Positions 62,950 through 64,000 of a DNA stretch of 64,000 nt are shown here, piece after piece (the stretch's first letter is position 1; every line of letters begins with the position of its first letter). The position numbers were made by a program, and so were the translations under genes. The notes under the pieces were generated by a model. The model did not search any database, was not told the DNA's origin, and saw only the letters and a program-made list of their open reading frames with translations. Origin of the DNA: Ginglymostoma cirratum. Taxonomy: Eukaryota. The stretch covers positions 33,147,164 to 33,211,163 of the forward strand of contig JAHRHZ010000289.1 of assembly GCA_024137785.1 (NCBI GenBank). The letters run 5' to 3'.

Positions 62950-63775
62950 CAAGTGTAAAGGTAGTAAAGTCTCACTGTACAAAGTGCTGGTGAGACCCGG
63001 TGAGTATTCTGAGCAGTCTTGCTCCCCTTATTTAAGCAAAGATATCATTTCATTGGAGCAGCCCAGAAAAGGTTCACTAGGATGATCCTTGGTATGGAGG
63101 GATTGTTTTACGAGTGAGGGCTAAACAGATTGAGATTCTTTTCATTGGGGTTTCGAAGAATGCGAGAGGATCGCATTGAAATACATAGGATTCCTCCGGG
63201 TGCTCCGGTTTCCTCCCACAGTCCAGAGATGTGCAGGTTAGGTGGATTTGCCATAATAAATTGCCCACAGTGTTCAGGGATGTGCAGACTAGATGGATTA
63301 GGCATGGAAAATGCAGGGTTGTAGGGATAGGGTGGGTCGGATGCTCTTTGGAGGGTTGGTGTGGGCACAATGGGCCGAATAGCCTGCTTCCACACTGTAG
63401 AGAATCTCGTATGAAATTCTTAAATGGTTTGACAGGGTAAATGATGAGAGAATGTTTCAATTCATGGGAAAGTCGAGAACCAGAGGGCAAAGTCTCAGAA
63501 CAAAGGGGTGCTAATTTAAGACTGAGGTGAGGAGGAATTTATTCTATCGGAGATTTGAGAGTCTTTGGAATTCTTTGCCAGAGAAAGCTGTGGGGACAGA
63601 ATCCTTGCGCATATTTGAGGCTGAGGCAAATAAATACTTGATCAGTTGGGGAATCAAGGATTAGGGGAAAAGAGTAGGAGAGTGGACATGAACAATGTTG
63701 AATCAGCCATGATCTATTGAATGGCGGAGCAGGCTTAAGGGGCTGAATGGCCTATTTCTGTTTCTATTTCTTATG
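62950..63775 (+). mobile_element. CR1 LINE 3' end, interrupted by a truncated HE1 SINE
   Basis: LYKVLVRP.EY..Q..SPYL.KDI..LE, followed by the 3' UTR ggggctgaatggcctatttctgtttctatttcttatg. Confidence 0.85.
63190..63405 (+). mobile_element. 5'-truncated HE1-type SINE
   Basis: cctccgggtgctccggtttcctcccacagtcc..gggccgaatagcctgcttccacactgtag. Confidence 0.85.
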
Positions 63776-64000
63776 GACTGCCATTATGACTGTTAACAGT
63801 CAGTTAACAACAAAACCTGAATAACAAGTAAATGTTTAATTTTACCACGCAGGTCTTACATATAAACCCTGACAAATGTTCCTTGAGCTGCATCCTAACC
63901 ACAACCAGGGCGTTTTATGCGAGTCAGTAACAGAGGAACATTTCAGATATTTGCAGCAGCCGTAGGCAGACAACACAAATAGTGTGCACCTTCTGGAACA

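Noticed and set aside
235-63490. The many 60-180 aa ORFs in the track as host genes
   Set aside because: They are TE fragments, antisense frames of TEs, or chance ORFs with no recognisable domain. No chain of exons is evident.
1-64000. CRISPR array or prokaryotic system
   Set aside because: The window is eukaryotic repeat-rich DNA with no regularly spaced repeats with unique spacers and no operon-like ORFs.

Overview
This is a repeat-rich window of vertebrate genomic DNA in which I could not recognise any host protein-coding exon, so it is intronic or gene-desert. The repeat content points to a cartilaginous fish: HE1-type tRNA-derived SINEs, CR1/HER1-type LINE 3' ends and shark-type Penelope-like elements. 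An orectolobiform shark is my unverified guess. Recognisable elements are many Penelope-like elements (PLEs), CR1 LINEs, a second CR1/L2-group LINE with a partner SINE sharing its 3' tail, a Rex1/Babar LINE, a decayed Gypsy provirus, TG..CA LTR-like inserts, Harbinger remnants (DDE and Myb/SANT) and a pogo-like MITE. One young PLE keeps an uninterrupted RT-thumb/GIY-YIG frame. Between the repeats lie AT-rich, motif-dense blocks that look like conserved non-coding enhancers. The most interesting signal is a graded series of PLE derivatives carrying minimal hammerhead-ribozyme motifs (CUGANGA..GAAAC-GUC). It runs from 1.3-1.9 kb deletion copies down to 200-300 bp fold-back cassettes with no coding capacity, flanked by 10-16 bp target-site duplications and showing microhomology at variable 3' ends. 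All family assignments come from motif recognition by eye; no database search was run.
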